From assembly GCF_004010195.1 (NCBI RefSeq), contig NC_057750.1:130734-194733 (forward strand): DNA of 64,000 nt, given 5' to 3'. The notes beneath the pieces are model-generated. The model ran no database searches. It worked only from the letters and a program-made list of their open reading frames with translations, and had not been told where the DNA came from. The DNA is from Chiloscyllium plagiosum. Lineage: Eukaryota. The position numbers and the translations under genes are program-made. This document shows, piece by piece, positions 1-12,319 of the stretch (within the stretch, counting starts at the first letter, position 1; the number at the start of each line of letters is the position of its first letter).

Positions 1-190
1 GCCACCCATGCATCCACTCCCAGACACCAACTCATCCACTCCCAGTCATCCATTCCCCTACTCCCAGTCACCCACTCCCCCACTCTTAGTCACCCACACC
101 CCACTCCCAGTCACCCACTCCCCCACTCCCACTCACCCACTCCCCCACTCCCAGTCACCCATTCCTGCAGTGTCTCAGTGACCCATTCCC
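1..190. repeat. C-rich degenerate minisatellite (CCCACTCCCAGTCAC-like units)
   Basis: Repeated cactccc/cagtcaccc motifs are directly visible. Confidence 0.8.
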
Positions 191-285
191 TCATTCTTGA
201 AGAGACCCACATACCGACTCTTCCGGAGGGGTTGCAACAAATCTCAAACCTCAAAATGTTGGCATAAAGGGGAAGTGACTGGGAA

Positions 286-547
286 GTGGTGGGTTAGTGG
301 TATTGTTGCTGGGCTGTTAATCCAGAGACCCAGGTAATGCTCTGAGTTCAAATCCCACAATGGCAGATGGTGGTATTTGAATTCAATAAAAATTTGGAAT
401 TAAGCGTTTAATGATGACCATGAAATCATTATCAATTTTTGGGTCACTAATAGCCTTTAGGGAAGGAAAGTGCCAACCTTACCTGGTCTGGTCTACACGT
501 GACTCCAGACTCACAGCAATGTGGTTGACTCTGAACTGCCCTCTGGC
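286..547 (+). mobile_element. tRNA-derived SINE, SacSINE1/Deu-domain-like
   Basis: B-box-like GAGTTCAAATCC is followed by the body tttagggaaggaaa..ccttacctggtctgg..acacgtgactccagac..cagcaatgtggttgactct. A related copy lies at 47320-47630. Confidence 0.7.
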
Positions 548-605
548 CTAATTAACAACACCCTCAACCATAAATATAAAGAGAAATGCTACTATAAACC
601 AACTG

Positions 606-1364
606 ATGCTTGCCTTGTAGTTTATATACATACCCCTCCTCAATTCAATCAAAACACCCCATTAATATTCTCAAACATGAAGGCTGTGTTTGTCTCATTC
701 TCATCCTCTAACTTTTTGGAGTTGTGTTTACTTTGCAAGTGAGGTTCCACATGAGAGACGGTCTCTTCACTGTAAACACTCCCACTGTCTTGTCCTCTCC
801 TCTCAGCTAACCCACCCTGTAATCACTGAAACTAGCTCTCTATTTCGCTCTGTCTGAATGACTGTCAGGCTCCCTGCTGTATCTGAGAGTTGCTGAACAT
901 TGGGTGGAGTTTTGTTTGAATGTGATTCTGAAACTTCCAGCGCCTCATATTGAAATGCTGAAAACTCTGACAAAGCTCAGCGTGGAATCGAAGTGAGAGT
1001 CAGTGAATTATTCATGGTGTGTCACTCCTGTCATGAGGAAAAGTGCAGTCTTCAGCAACTCATCAAGCAGGATCTGACCTAAATCTCTGGTTATCACTTA
1101 ATCAATTGACATTTGACAAATGGATCTTACTGGAACATCTTGGTTTAATTTAAAATGGAACGGCCACTACATTAAAATTGTGATGACACCACTTATCAGA
1201 TTCTATGCTTGTTTTGTAGTTTATATACATACCCCTCCTCAATTCAATCAAAACACCCCATTAATATTCTCAAACATGAAGGCTATGTGTTTGTCTCATT
1301 CTCCTCCTCTAACTTTTTGGAGTAGTGTTTACTTTGCAAGTGAGGTTCCACATGAGAGACGGTC
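606..1364 (+). repeat. ~158-bp direct repeat pair (606-763 and 1205-1364)
   Basis: Near-identical sequence from atgcttg..tgtagtttatatacatacccctcc to ..atgagagacggtc. Both ORF-track peptides contain VVYIHTPPQFNQNTPLIFSNMKA. Confidence 0.95.
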
Positions 1365-1375
1365 ATACAGATTCT

Positions 1376-1705
1376 GGGTGGCACGGTGGCACAGTGGTTA
1401 GCACTGCTGCCTCACAGCGCCAGAGACCCGGGTTCAATTCCCGCCTCAGGCGACTCTCTGTGTGGAGTTTGCACTTTCTCCCCGTGTCTGTGTGGCTTTC
1501 CTCCGGGTGCTCTGGTTTCCTCCCACAATCCAAAATAAAATGTGTAGGTTGGGCGAGTTGGCCATTCTGAATTGCCCGTACTGTTAGGTGCAGGGGTAAA
1601 TGTAGGGGAATGGGTCTGGGTGGGTTGCTCTTCGGCGGGTCGGTGTGGGTTTGTTGGGCCGAAGGGCCTGTTTCCACGCTGTAAGTAATCTAATCTAATC
1701 CAATC
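1376..1705 (+). mobile_element. tRNA-derived V-SINE (HE1-like shark SINE)
   Basis: A box TGGCACAGTGG (1387-1397), B box GGTTCAATTCC (1431-1441), V-domain ctgtgtggagtttgcac..ggtttcctcccacaatccaaa, CR1-like 3' tail gggccgaagggcctgtttcc and (taatc)n end. Confidence 0.9.
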
Positions 1706-2189
1706 AAACATCCTGAAGCTAAAAAACAGCATGATTTGCCACATTCAGAGAGACAGGGAACTGCTGGTGGGCTCACCCAGACTGGGCCATGCCAGAATTC
1801 AGGCTGCTAGATCTCTCGCCCAACTACACCTATGGGCCATATGGGATACTGCTCACTGACCTTCAGATAAGCTTTCGAATGAATGAACTGATGGGTAGAA
1901 ACGACAAGGTCATTTGTCGGAATGTGCCTTTAACTAGTTAAACTCCAACAGTATCCCACTGCACCCTTAGGAGGTAACTAAATCTTGACTGTTGTAAAAT
2001 CTCCATCTACATTCTCAAGTAGCAAATAGGATTTCTGTCGAGGGAGTCACTGCATCCTCCATATGAAGTAAATGACCATGTAATTAATGTGAATTCAGCA
2101 CAGCTCTGGGCTTGCCTCTTCATTGTTAAACCCAGGATCGGTCATGGTTCTGAACAGAAACCCAACTGTTTGACTGATACAGACAATCA

Positions 2190-4770
2190 ATTCAGGACAG
2201 TATGATGGTGGCTGAAAGAACTTTTGGTGAGGATCGTCTACTGAGGTGGTATGGGCTGAGGTTAGAAACAGGAGAGGAGAGGTAACACTGCTGGGAGTTT
2301 TTTATCGGCCTCTGCTGAGTTCCAGGGATGTGAAAGAGAGGACCAGCAAATCAATTCTGGGCAAGAGTGAAAGGAACAGGATGGTCATTATGGGGGACTT
2401 TAACTTCCCCAACATTGACTGGAAATGCTATAACTCTAGTACATCGGATGTGTCGGTTTTTGTCCAGTGTGCGCAGGGTTTCCTGACACAGTATGTTGAA
2501 GGGCCATCAAGAGGGGAGGCCACACTGGATCTGGTGCTTGGTAACGAACCAGGCCAGGTGTTTGATTTAGTTGTAGGTTGTGCTTAGTTTAGCGATGGAA
2601 AACAATAGGTACATGCCACAGGGCAAGAGTTACAGATGGGGGAAGGGCAATTATAATGCGATTAGGCAAGACTCAAGATACATAGAATGGGGTAGCAAAA
2701 AGCGGGGGATGGGGTCAGTTGAAATGGAGCAGGTTTAAGGAACAGATATTGCATGTCCTTGATAGGTATGTCCTTGTCAGGCAGGGAAGGTGTGATAAGG
2801 TAAGGGAACCGTGATGACTAAAGAAATTGCATCTCTTGTTAAGTGGAAGAAAGAGGCTTATGTGATGCTGAGATGAGATGGTTCAGATGAGGCGATGGAG
2901 AGTTACAGATCAGCTAGGAAGGATTTAAAGAGAGAGTTAAGAAGAGCAAGGAGAGAACATGAGCAGTTTTTAGCAAATAGAGTAAAGGAAAATGCTAAAG
3001 CTTTGTATAGTTATGTGAGGAATGAAAAGATGACTAGGGTAGGAAAAGGGCCAGTCAAAGACATAAGTGGGAAATTGTGTGTCAACCCTGTGGAGATCGG
3101 AGAGGTCCTAAATGAATATTTCTCATCTGTTTTCACTCAGGAAAAGGAGAATATTACAGAGGAGAAGAATGAGATATGGGATATGAGACGAGAAAGGATT
3201 GGGATTAGTAAGGAGGAGATGTTATCAATTCTAGAAGGAGTGAAAGTAGAGAAGTCCCCTGGGCCGGATGGGATTTATCCGAGGATCCTCTGGGAAGCAA
3301 GTGAGGAGATGGTGGAGCCTTTGGCCTTGATATTTGAGTTGTCATTGTCTACAGGTTTAGTACCAGAGGACTGGAGAATTGTAAATGTTGTGCCCTTGTT
3401 CAAGAAGGGCAGTAGAGATGACCCAGGTAATTATAGACCAGTGAGCTTTATGTCTATTGTGGAAAAAGTTTTGGAACGGATTATAAGAGATAAGATTTAT
3501 AATCATCTAGCAAGGAACAATTTGATTGCAGATAGTCAACATGGTTTCATCAAGGGCAGGTCATGTCTCACAAACCTCACTGAGTTTTTTGAGAAGGTGA
3601 CCAAACATGTGGATAAAGGTGGGGCAGTTGACATGGTGTACATGGACTTTAATAAAGTTCCACATGATAGGCTATTGGAGAAAATGCAGAGGCATGGGAT
3701 TCAGGGTGATTTAGCAGTTTGGATTAGAAACTGGCTTTCTGTAAGAAGGCAGCGAGTGGTGGTTGATGGAAAATATTCAGCTTGGAGTCCGGTTACTAGT
3801 GGTGTGCCACAAGGATCTGTTTTGGGATCACTGCTGTTTGTCATTTTTATAAATGACTTAGACGCAGGCACAGGTGGATGGATTAGTAAGCTTGCAGATG
3901 ACACTAAAGTTGATAGAGTGCTGCACAGTGTGGAAGAATGTTGCAGGTTGCAGGGGGACTTAGATAAACTGCAGAAATGGGCTGAGAGGTGGCAAATGGG
4001 AGATTAATGCAGATAAATATGAGGTGATTCATTTTGGGAAGAATAACAGGAAGGCAGAGTACTGGGTCAATGGAAAGATTCGTGCTGATGGATCTTGGTG
4101 TCCATGTACATAGATCCCTGAAAGTTGCCACCCAGATTGACAGTGCTGTTAAGAAGATATACGGTGTGTTAGGTTATATTGATAAAGGGATTGCATTCTG
4201 GAGCTGTAATGTCATGCTGCAACTATACAAAACACCAGGCCGCGCTTAGAATATCGTATGCAGTTCTGGTCACCCCATTACAGGAAGGATGTGGAAGCAT
4301 TGGAAAAGGTGCAGAGGAGATTTGCCAGGATGTTGCCTGGTGTGGGGGGGAGGTCTTATGTGGAAAGGCTGAGGGACTTGGGTCTGTTCTCATTGGAGAG
4401 TAGAAGGCTAAGAGGAGATTTAATAGAGACATACAAGATGGTCAGAGGATTAAATAGGGTAGACAGTGACAGTCTTTTACCTAGGATGATGACATCAGCT
4501 TGTACAAGGGGGCATAGCTACAAATTGAGGGGTGATAGATTTAAGACAGATGTCAGAGGCAGGTTCTTTACTCAGAGAGTGGTAAGGGCGTAGAATACCC
4601 TACCTGCTAATGTAGTCAACTCAGCCACATTAGGGAGATTTAAACAATCCTTGGATAAACTCATGGATAATGATGGGATACTATAGGGTGATAGGCTTCG
4701 ATTAGTTCACAGTTTGGCACAAATTGAGGGCCGAAGGGCCTGTTCTGCATTGTGTTGTTCTATGTTCTAT
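2190..4770 (+). mobile_element. CR1-clade LINE, 5'-truncated, decayed ORF2 (APE endonuclease + RT)
   Basis: Motifs [57 protein letters not shown]. Frameshifts and stops are present, and it ends in a (tgttcta)n tail. Confidence 0.95.
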
Positions 4771-6224
4771 CTACCTGTTACCCTTCCATTTCCATTTTCA
4801 TCAAGAGATATCATGAATTGTGCTTCCATCTCTCTGTCTAAAAGCATATTCCCTCTCCCCACCTTTCCTTTTCTTTGCAGTGATGATCAATTTTGAGGAT
4901 ATTGTGTCTGGCACCTTTCACCAGCCTCTTAGATGCTGAAACATGAACAGCGTTCAGTTGACTTTAGCATCCTCCCTTCATCATGGAAGTGATCAACTGT
5001 ACAAGGCATCATAGTCAGATCCAGCCCTGCCTGACCACTTGCTCATACACATTCAGATGGTGATAATTCTGTTTCTCCTCAAAACTAAGTTCTGAAAAGC
5101 CTGCATGATGTGAAATGGTTTGGCATTTTTGGTGCACCAGCTAACCTTTCACCCTCCTCAGTTCTTCTAGACTCCTCTCCTCCTTCAATCCTCTTCCCCG
5201 ATGTCTGCCGGGGAACAGGAGGTGAGTGTGATACGTTAGGCATCTGTGACAACTTCGGTCCTGATTGATTCTAAAGGGAGCTGAGCCCTGATTAATCACT
5301 GGTTCATTACTCAGAGACAGAGAGAAAATCATTTGAAAACTAATTCACAATTAGAACTATTTGCATATTTTGAATGCATAATAGAACATTGATTAATAAT
5401 CTTTGGATAATAATCAGGCATTCAGAATGAACAAATAATTATTCCAAATACTCAGTGCTCCCTGGCCACGAATCAAAGATTTATGCATTTTTGAAAATTT
5501 TGAAAAAAATTCTCTCCAGCTCTAAGCATTAACGACTAAGCTGAAATTAATTTAATAGTTTCAATAAGTCTCTGTTTGCTTTACCTGCCTATTCCTTGAC
5601 CCTCCGACAAATTCTGGGAGTATTTTGGAGCTGATGCTTGCATCTGGTTTGCTCATTTGCGAGCTTCTTGCTTTATGATAAACATTACTTCCTGGAGCAT
5701 CAGAGGAGCTTTATTCTCCATGTCAGATGCTGTCATTAGTAAGTTAACACAGTGTCAATTGTTATAAGGAGTTTTCAGAAGGTTTCAAATCCTTCCATGG
5801 TGTCTTCGCCCTCTCCTTACCCCTGTATACTCCTAGAATGATCCATATCTCTAGACTCTGTACAACCAACCCTCTAAGACTGTTTCCTCCCACTCTCCGA
5901 TATATCTCTGATTTTGATCACTTTCCTATTGGGGACAGTGCCTTCAGCTGCCAGGATGCTAAGCTCTGGAATTCCTTCCCTACTCACCTCCGCCTCTCTT
6001 TTTTCAGATGATGTTTAAAACCTACCCCTTTTCCAGGTTTTTGCTCTCCTGGCCCTAACATCACCCTTTGTAATCCTGTGTTAAGTACTGGCTAATAACC
6101 TCCTGCAGGAGTTACTGTGTTGAAATTGTTAAATATATACAAATTATTTTTAGTAAACAATTGTTAAAGTCTCTTTGTAACTAGAAAGCCATAATGTGGG
6201 GTGCTGGTGTTGGACTGAGGTGGA

Positions 6225-6417
6225 CAAAGTTAAAACTCGCACACCATCAGGTCATAGTCCAATATGTTTATTTGGAAGTGCTAGCTTTCGGAGTGCTGCT
6301 CCTTCATCAGCTGGCTGTCAGGTCACAGCTACCTAATGAAGGAGCAGCGATCCAAAGGCTAGTGCTTCCAAATAAACCTGTCGGACTATAAGCTGGTGTT
6401 GTGCAATTTTTAACTCT
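6225..6417. mobile_element. Penelope-terminus-like inverted repeat carrying a hammerhead core
   Basis: Arms ~6228-6310 and ~6333-6416 are reverse complements. The minus arm reads CTGATGA A GGAG cagca CTCC GAAAG CTA. Confidence 0.7.
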
Positions 6418-7656
6418 AACTAGGAAAACAGCTCTGTAAATAAGACTGCCTTTTTACAAAACCGAAGCCTGAAAATTGCCCTCAGAAATCAGTTTCATCT
6501 TCAGGAGTTGCCTCATGCACACTTAATTGCTGTCAGCCTTGCGTCTATCAGACCTCAACTGGTCACAGACCCAGATCAGTTTCTTTGCTATTTCACCTTT
6601 TTAAACAGCCATGTGCCCTACAGAAAGCTGATGATTCCCTGTTTAACATCGCATTTGAGATGAATAGTATCTTTGAAAATAGTATGAAGAACATTTGCCC
6701 AGATTGTGCTCCATTCCTGATTTCAGGTTAGATGCTACTGCTTTGGCTGCAAGATAAGTGGGTTCCTAACTGATTTGTGTGAAACTATATTTTTGGCATT
6801 TGGAATACTGATTAGCAAGAATAAGCCAGGCAGCGAGATAAGAAAAGCTGCTGTATTATGGCTGTGGTGTAGCAAAACCTACAACATGTATTGAGATGGA
6901 AACAGAGAGTTGATTAATATCAGAGACTGCCATCAAGTGCTATAATTAGCTTGATGTCCACTTCCTATCTCAGAATCACACTGACACATTTACATACTGC
7001 AATCATTAGCTATGCTCCCAAGCAGTAACTCAGGGAGATCAGAAAGTGAGTTCTCCATGATCAACTCATTTGCTCAGCTGTGGAGCTTTGCTGGGTTAGC
7101 CACGAGAAAAATTATCTTTCTAATGATAGATTTAACAAAATGACTGTCTCCGGTAGGGAACATTAGTGGCTGAAATAGAAAGTGTTGAATTCATGTTATG
7201 CTCAGGTATTTCAGCATTTTGAGAGGAAGCTGATGAGTTGACATTGTGAGGGAGATGGATTGCTGCATGAGGCTGTTAAGGTGATTTGTGTGAACATGAG
7301 CCAATTACCCAGGGTCACTCGACCAGTGCTGATGCACAATTTACCATTGGTGGGAAATTAAGCCGTTTAATTGAGATGCTGGATTGTAAACAAGTAATTG
7401 GAGCAGTTTAATGCTAAGTGGACTTTATAATATCTGATAATGAGTACGAGGCAATCTTTGACACAGGCGTCTCTCAGTGAGCAACGGCTGTGAATCTTCA
7501 GCAGGCTGATCCTTGGCATCATCACTATGTTGGTCCTGCACCAGGCAGTTGTGCCCAAGGCTTTGAGTCAACATGACAGACTGAGATTAGTTGCTTGGTT
7601 TTGAGGTTTCCCATTGTACTCACTCAAAATTCCCTTCCATGGATAAGGCACCTACA

Positions 7657-7712
7657 ATTCCTGATGAAGGGCTTTTGCCCGAAACACTGATTTTCCTGCT
7701 CCTCAGATGCTC
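7657..7712 (+). mobile_element. Penelope terminal-repeat fragment with degenerate hammerhead motif
   Basis: CTGATGA A GGGC TTTT GCCC GAAAC ACT. Direct repeat of 8226-8280. Confidence 0.75.
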
Positions 7713-8127
7713 CTCACAACTAGCCACAAAACGACACGACCAGCTATCCTTAGTAGCCACACATGCAGATGACAAGCAACATGAATTCGACTGGGACAAC
7801 ACTACTATTATAGGACAAGCCAAACGGAGAACAGTCAGGGAATTCCTAGAGGCATGGCACTCATCCACAGATTCAATCAATAAGCACGTCGACCTGAACC
7901 CAATATACCGGCCACTGCAACGGACAGCTGGAACTGACAACTGGAAGCAGCAGATTCAAACCACTACAAATACTGGAGGAAAGATCACAGAAGCGCTTCA
8001 CAGGAGGCTCCCAAGCATTGAGGATGTCACCTAGACAGGGGACGAAACATCTGCAACACAAATTCCCAGCTCGGCAAACAGAACCACAACAACGAGCAAC
8101 CGAGCTACAAATCTTCTCTCAAACTTT
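7713..8127 (+). mobile_element. Penelope-like element 3' end (GIY-YIG endonuclease C-terminus + 3' repeat)
   Basis: Peptide QLATKRHDQLSLVATHADDKQHEFDWDNTTIIGQAKRRTVREFLEAWHS..SINKHVDLNPIY is typical of PLE GIY-YIG C-termini. A near-identical inverted copy lies at 38100-38520, and a degenerate hammerhead at 8015-8053. Confidence 0.85.
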
Positions 8128-8225
8128 GAGTACCCACTTTCGCCTAGTTGATTTTAACCTTATTACGAATCCTCTTCCAAGGATACCTACCATGAAGAAG
8201 TTCTCCTCCTCTCCCTACAAGGATC

Positions 8226-8320
8226 TTCCTGATGAAGGGCTTTTGCCCGAAACATTGATTTTCCTGCTCCTCGGATGCTGCCTGACCTGCTGTGCATTTC
8301 CAACACTACTCTAATCTTGA
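8226..8320 (+). mobile_element. Penelope terminal-repeat fragment with hammerhead motif
   Basis: CTGATGA A GGGC TTTT GCCC GAAAC ATT, then ggatgctgcctgacctgctgtgc..ccaacactactct. The same family is attached to the GIY-YIG relic at 21505-22030. Confidence 0.8.
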
Positions 8321-8869
8321 CCTACGATTAGAGCCATTCTGCAAACAGGAATATTGATCGGGGGAGTATTAGCTTCCTGTAACAATGGTTCTATGACCTA
8401 GACCAAACCAGGGGGTGAAGGAGATGAAGGAGGTTTGGGATGCACAGGTGACCAGGCTGTGTGGAGATCCCTTGTTGTTCTCCATTGCTCCTTTCAGTTC
8501 TCTGCTGCTCCATATGATTCTCTAATGGTCCCTGTAGGTTGTCCAAACCTCTCCTAAATTCTCTCTTGCTCCCTGCAGTTTTCTATTCCTCCCAGTGGTT
8601 CTCCAATTCTCTCTATGGTTATATGGGCCTTGATCCTCTAAGAGAGAGGCAATAATGTCAATAAGTCTCTTGGAATGTGTTGGATGATGTCTGTTCCAGA
8701 GTGAAATCTCTGAGATGATGTGGATGATGCAAGGTGGAAGTGTGAGGGTGAAGAGGACCATCTGAGGTTTATGAATGAATCTAATCCCTGAACTTTGAGA
8801 GGTGGGATTGTGGTACATTGAGAAGTGTATGATGTTGGTAATGATGGAGAAAGAAAGTTAGTTTGTGTT

Positions 8870-9075
8870 CACTTATTTTGGCAACTCTGTGAGCTATTGA
8901 ATATTTTTGGGCACTGGGGCCAGATCTTTCAGGCCAGTCTCCATCTCTGTGGCTCCTTCAGCCTGTTTCAATTTCTCTCAGTAGGTGTGGTTTGAGGGAT
9001 TTTGATATGGATGGACAAATTCTCTCAATCTCCATCACCAATACCACATCTGAGAACCAGGGCCCCCTCTTTCAC
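8870..9075 (-). pseudogene. Relic of Harbinger-type Myb/SANT-like DNA-binding ORF
   Basis: The minus strand gives KRGPWFSDVVLVMEIER and KIWPQCPKIFN..RVAK, resembling RAPRFSD..LVEEV..R and W.QC.KKFNDL.R of Harbinger Myb-like proteins. Frameshifted. Confidence 0.5.
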
Positions 9076-9262
9076 ATGTGCTTGAAAGCCATTCTGTGGA
9101 TGTTCCATGAGTTTGGTTTCACCTTTCTCTTAAGAGGGTCAGGCAGCTGTGTTAACCATGCACACTGCTGAGTGCTCTGCTACTGAGCATGCACCTGAGA
9201 GACAGTAAGGATCAGTCTGGGCTATACACTGGGACCTTCTTCAGCAAACAGCATGAAGCTTG

Positions 9263-9363
9263 AAACAAAAACAGAAGTTATTGGAAAAGCTCAGCAGGTC
9301 TGGCAGCATCTGTGGAGAGAAATCAGAGTTAACATTTCGAGTCCAGGGACTTTTCCTCAGAAC
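9263..9363 (-). mobile_element. Penelope-terminus-like short repeat (family also at 24495-24630, 36990-37075, 43612-43700, 44003-44085, 51560-51620)
   Basis: aaaacagaa..ggaaaagctcagcaggtctggcagcatctgtggagagaaatcagagttaac. The minus strand reads CTGAGGA AA AGTCC CT GGACT C GAAAT GTT. Confidence 0.7.
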
Positions 9364-10194
9364 TTGAAGATTGTGCTGTTTGCTGTTTGCTTCACCTTGA
9401 CTCAACCCCAAGCCCACCCCTTGCATATGGAAATGAGACTTGTCAAAAATCTTTCCTCCGAAATGTTTGAGCTAAAAATTCATTCTCAAGAAATTTTCTT
9501 CAGAAACAGAAGAGGAGGCTTCAGAAAGGTTTCCAGATTAAAGATAAGTGAATAAAGTTCTATATCTCACTGAATTGCAACACTGTCCAGCCAATGGAGA
9601 CTGTGATTTGCATTATCATTGATATCTCTTTGATGTTAATAAGATTGTCACAAAGAAAGCACAATCTGGAGAAAAGATTTGGAATCCTTCGGCTATTCCC
9701 CACAATCGTCCATGAACTGATTTTCTTTTCAATGTTTGGACAAGATGGAGAACTTCAACACTGAAAGTCTAGGCCTGTCAACTTCTACACCACTCAACCT
9801 TGAATGAGCGATCTATTAGCTGGTAACCAAGAGAGCTCCTTACCCTGGGGAGGGTTAGATTATAGATTAACAGTTTCTAACAAGCCCAGCTCTTCATTAA
9901 TTGACAGGCAGAAAGCTGGGAATCAGAGGTGATATCAGGTCATTCGAACGGGGAACTGCTGACTTGTTGCAGAGAGTTAAAGAAAGATTGATTAATTGAA
10001 AGGGATTCAAAACACTGCAAGCAACTATTCAAGTCTCCATCTGCTTTCTCTCTCGAGGATTGGCTGACATAATCAAAGTGAGATTGCTTCAATCCAGAAA
10101 GGTCAAAAATTAAAGGGGAATCTGTCACCAGTTTTCCATCTGATTGAGAGGATGAATTCTCAGCAAGTTTATTGGGGTTGGAGAAAGTGGACAT

Positions 10195-10590
10195 TAAGGT
10201 AGATAGAGGATAGATTGAAGAAGTTGGGACTGTTCTCTCTGAAGAGAAGACAACTGAGAGGAGATTTGATAGAGGTTTTCAAAACCATGAGGTGGGTTGC
10301 ATGGAGTGAATAGAGGAAAGCTGTTCCCATGTGTAAGAGTGAAAAGAACGAGAGGATGTGAATTTAAAGCAAGGGCGATGTGAGAAAAAAAAGCTTTCTT
10401 ACACGGTGAGTACTTAGGATCTGGAGTACACTGTCTGGAAATATGGTGGAGGCAGGTTCAATTAAGGCATTTATGAGGGGCATTAGATGGTTATTTGGAT
10501 AGTAATGGGGAAAAGCAGGAGACTGGATTAGGTGATAGAACCAGTGTAGGTGCAATGGGCCAAATGGCCTCCTTCTATGCCATAACAATT
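10195..10590 (+). mobile_element. Old CR1 LINE 3' fragment
   Basis: Degenerate (E)DRLKKLGLFSL..LRGDLIEVFK coding relic with a tail resembling atgggccaaatggcctccttct. Confidence 0.75.
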
Positions 10591-10907
10591 TGATGATTTG
10601 CTGATAGCTGAAGTGATCTGGTATCATTCTGGTGCACACTTTGAAAATTACAGACCACCCTGGTGTCACACTCTGGACACAGCAATCGTCACCATATACC
10701 TCTGGGGGACAGCAACCAAGTTCACCAATGGCCAAAGGTTACTCAATGGAAATGAACACTTCTTGGGTTGACCAAGGGCTGAGTTTTTGCTGAACAGTTG
10801 GAGACTTCTCACCTCATAGAAGCTGTTGCTCTAGAATTTTCCAATGCCATTGTTATCCTTTCCTACCTGTTCCCTCACCTCTACTTGAGAGAGGTCAAAA
10901 AAATTTT

Positions 10908-11144
10908 TTTAAACAACTTCATGGAGGCTGGTAACCCATCACCAAGTCACCCTTTATTTACATGTGCACAGTATATGGACTCTGACCAGCCAGCTCAAAG
11001 CCAGTCCTTCGAGTGAGGAGAATTCCTGAGATTCCTGCTTATATCTGTCAGCCAGGACTCCTCAACTGGCCCAGGTGAACAGCCCCAATCAGGAAACTCT
11101 TACTTAAAGAGATCTACCTGGTCAACTTTGTTTCAATGAGTACA
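10908..11144 (-). mobile_element. Solo LTR related to the LTR at 18117-18349
   Basis: The reverse complement shares aaataaagggtgacttggtgatggg..cc.ccatgaagttgttt and gctggct/tgacagatataagcagga with the 18.1-18.3 kb LTR. Confidence 0.65.
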
Positions 11145-11364
11145 TTTTCAAAGCTATCTCAATTTCTGGAGTGCATTATAATTAGCATTTCAGATCAATG
11201 ATTTCACATCAGGACTTGATCAGAAGCATTAACTCGGTTTCTCTCTCCATGGATGCTGCCCGCCCCACTGAGTTTGTCTGGCACTTTCTGTTTCTATCTC
11301 AGATCTTGAATATCTGAGTATTCTGCCTTTGCCATAACCATATGACAGTCACTGATAAACCCAA

Positions 11365-11610
11365 CTGGGAACTCAGGAAGAATGTATTTACCCAGAGCAA
11401 TAATGGACCTTGCTCCCACAGGGAGAGCTAACAGTGAATATTATCACTACATGTTGATATGGAAGATGGGTAAAGACATGAGGGAGAAGGAATAGAAGAA
11501 TATACTTGTTTGATGGGAACAAGTGGTGGACAGAGGCTCATATGGAGCATGAAGACTAGTATTGAATGAGTGGTCCAAATGGCCTGTTTCTGCATTGAGA
11601 ATTCTGTTGT
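11365..11610 (+). mobile_element. Old CR1-like 3' tail fragment
   Basis: ctcaggaagaatgtatttacccagag..gggagaaggaatagaag..ccaaatggcctgtttctg. Confidence 0.55.
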
Positions 11611-12319
11611 AATTAAACTAGAAACAGATGTTCACATGATAAACATCACGTCTTTTTCTTGCTGTCGTTACAGTTCTCTAGCCCCTTGAAAGTGCTGATT
11701 CTTGTTCAAGGAACCACTGTTTGAATATGAAATGTGGAGAGTGATTGCTTGTCAGCTGTTTGACTGTGGAGACCATCATAGCTGAGCTTGGTTCTATTGT
11801 CACTCGATGGTTTTGTCTAAGCATTTCTCTTCGGCGACAGTGAATCATTGCCAGTCCTGGGAACTCTCGGGAACGGTTCCTGTGTCAGCCTGCTGCAGAG
11901 CAATGAAATTCTTAATCAGAAAGATCTGTTTGATAAAGCAGTTGTTTTATTCTGTGAGTGGGTGTATTTACACAGTTGTGTAGGTGTAGAGGGCTGGATA
12001 ATACAAAGCATGATGCACAAACAGCCCAAGTAGTAACCATGGTAACCTGAATCAGGCTCCATCCTCTCACCAAAATGAACCTAAAAGCCAAAAGCATTTT
12101 TTTTTTTCATTTCCCCTCAAATCCTCTACTCAGCACGAGAGCTGGAAGGATGACAATGTATGGGGAAGAGAAGCTGTTTCTGTAGTACCAACAGCTAATT
12201 TCTCATTGATGTAGCTGGATGGATTTCTGTAATAACCATCTGTACAATTTTCATTCACCATTAACCCCTTTCAAATGGGATGAAAAGGGATCCTAACCCT
12301 GCAAAGTCCTTTTCCTCAA

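Noticed and set aside
1376..1450. tRNA gene
   Set aside because: The A/B boxes continue directly into a SINE body and LINE-like tail, and there are multiple diverged copies.
2895..4007. 370-aa reverse transcriptase ORF as a functional gene (also 34442-35302)
   Set aside because: These are fragments of decayed CR1 ORF2 with flanking frameshifts, a deletion in the DFSKAFD motif in the first, and altered catalytic motifs (LADD, FVND).
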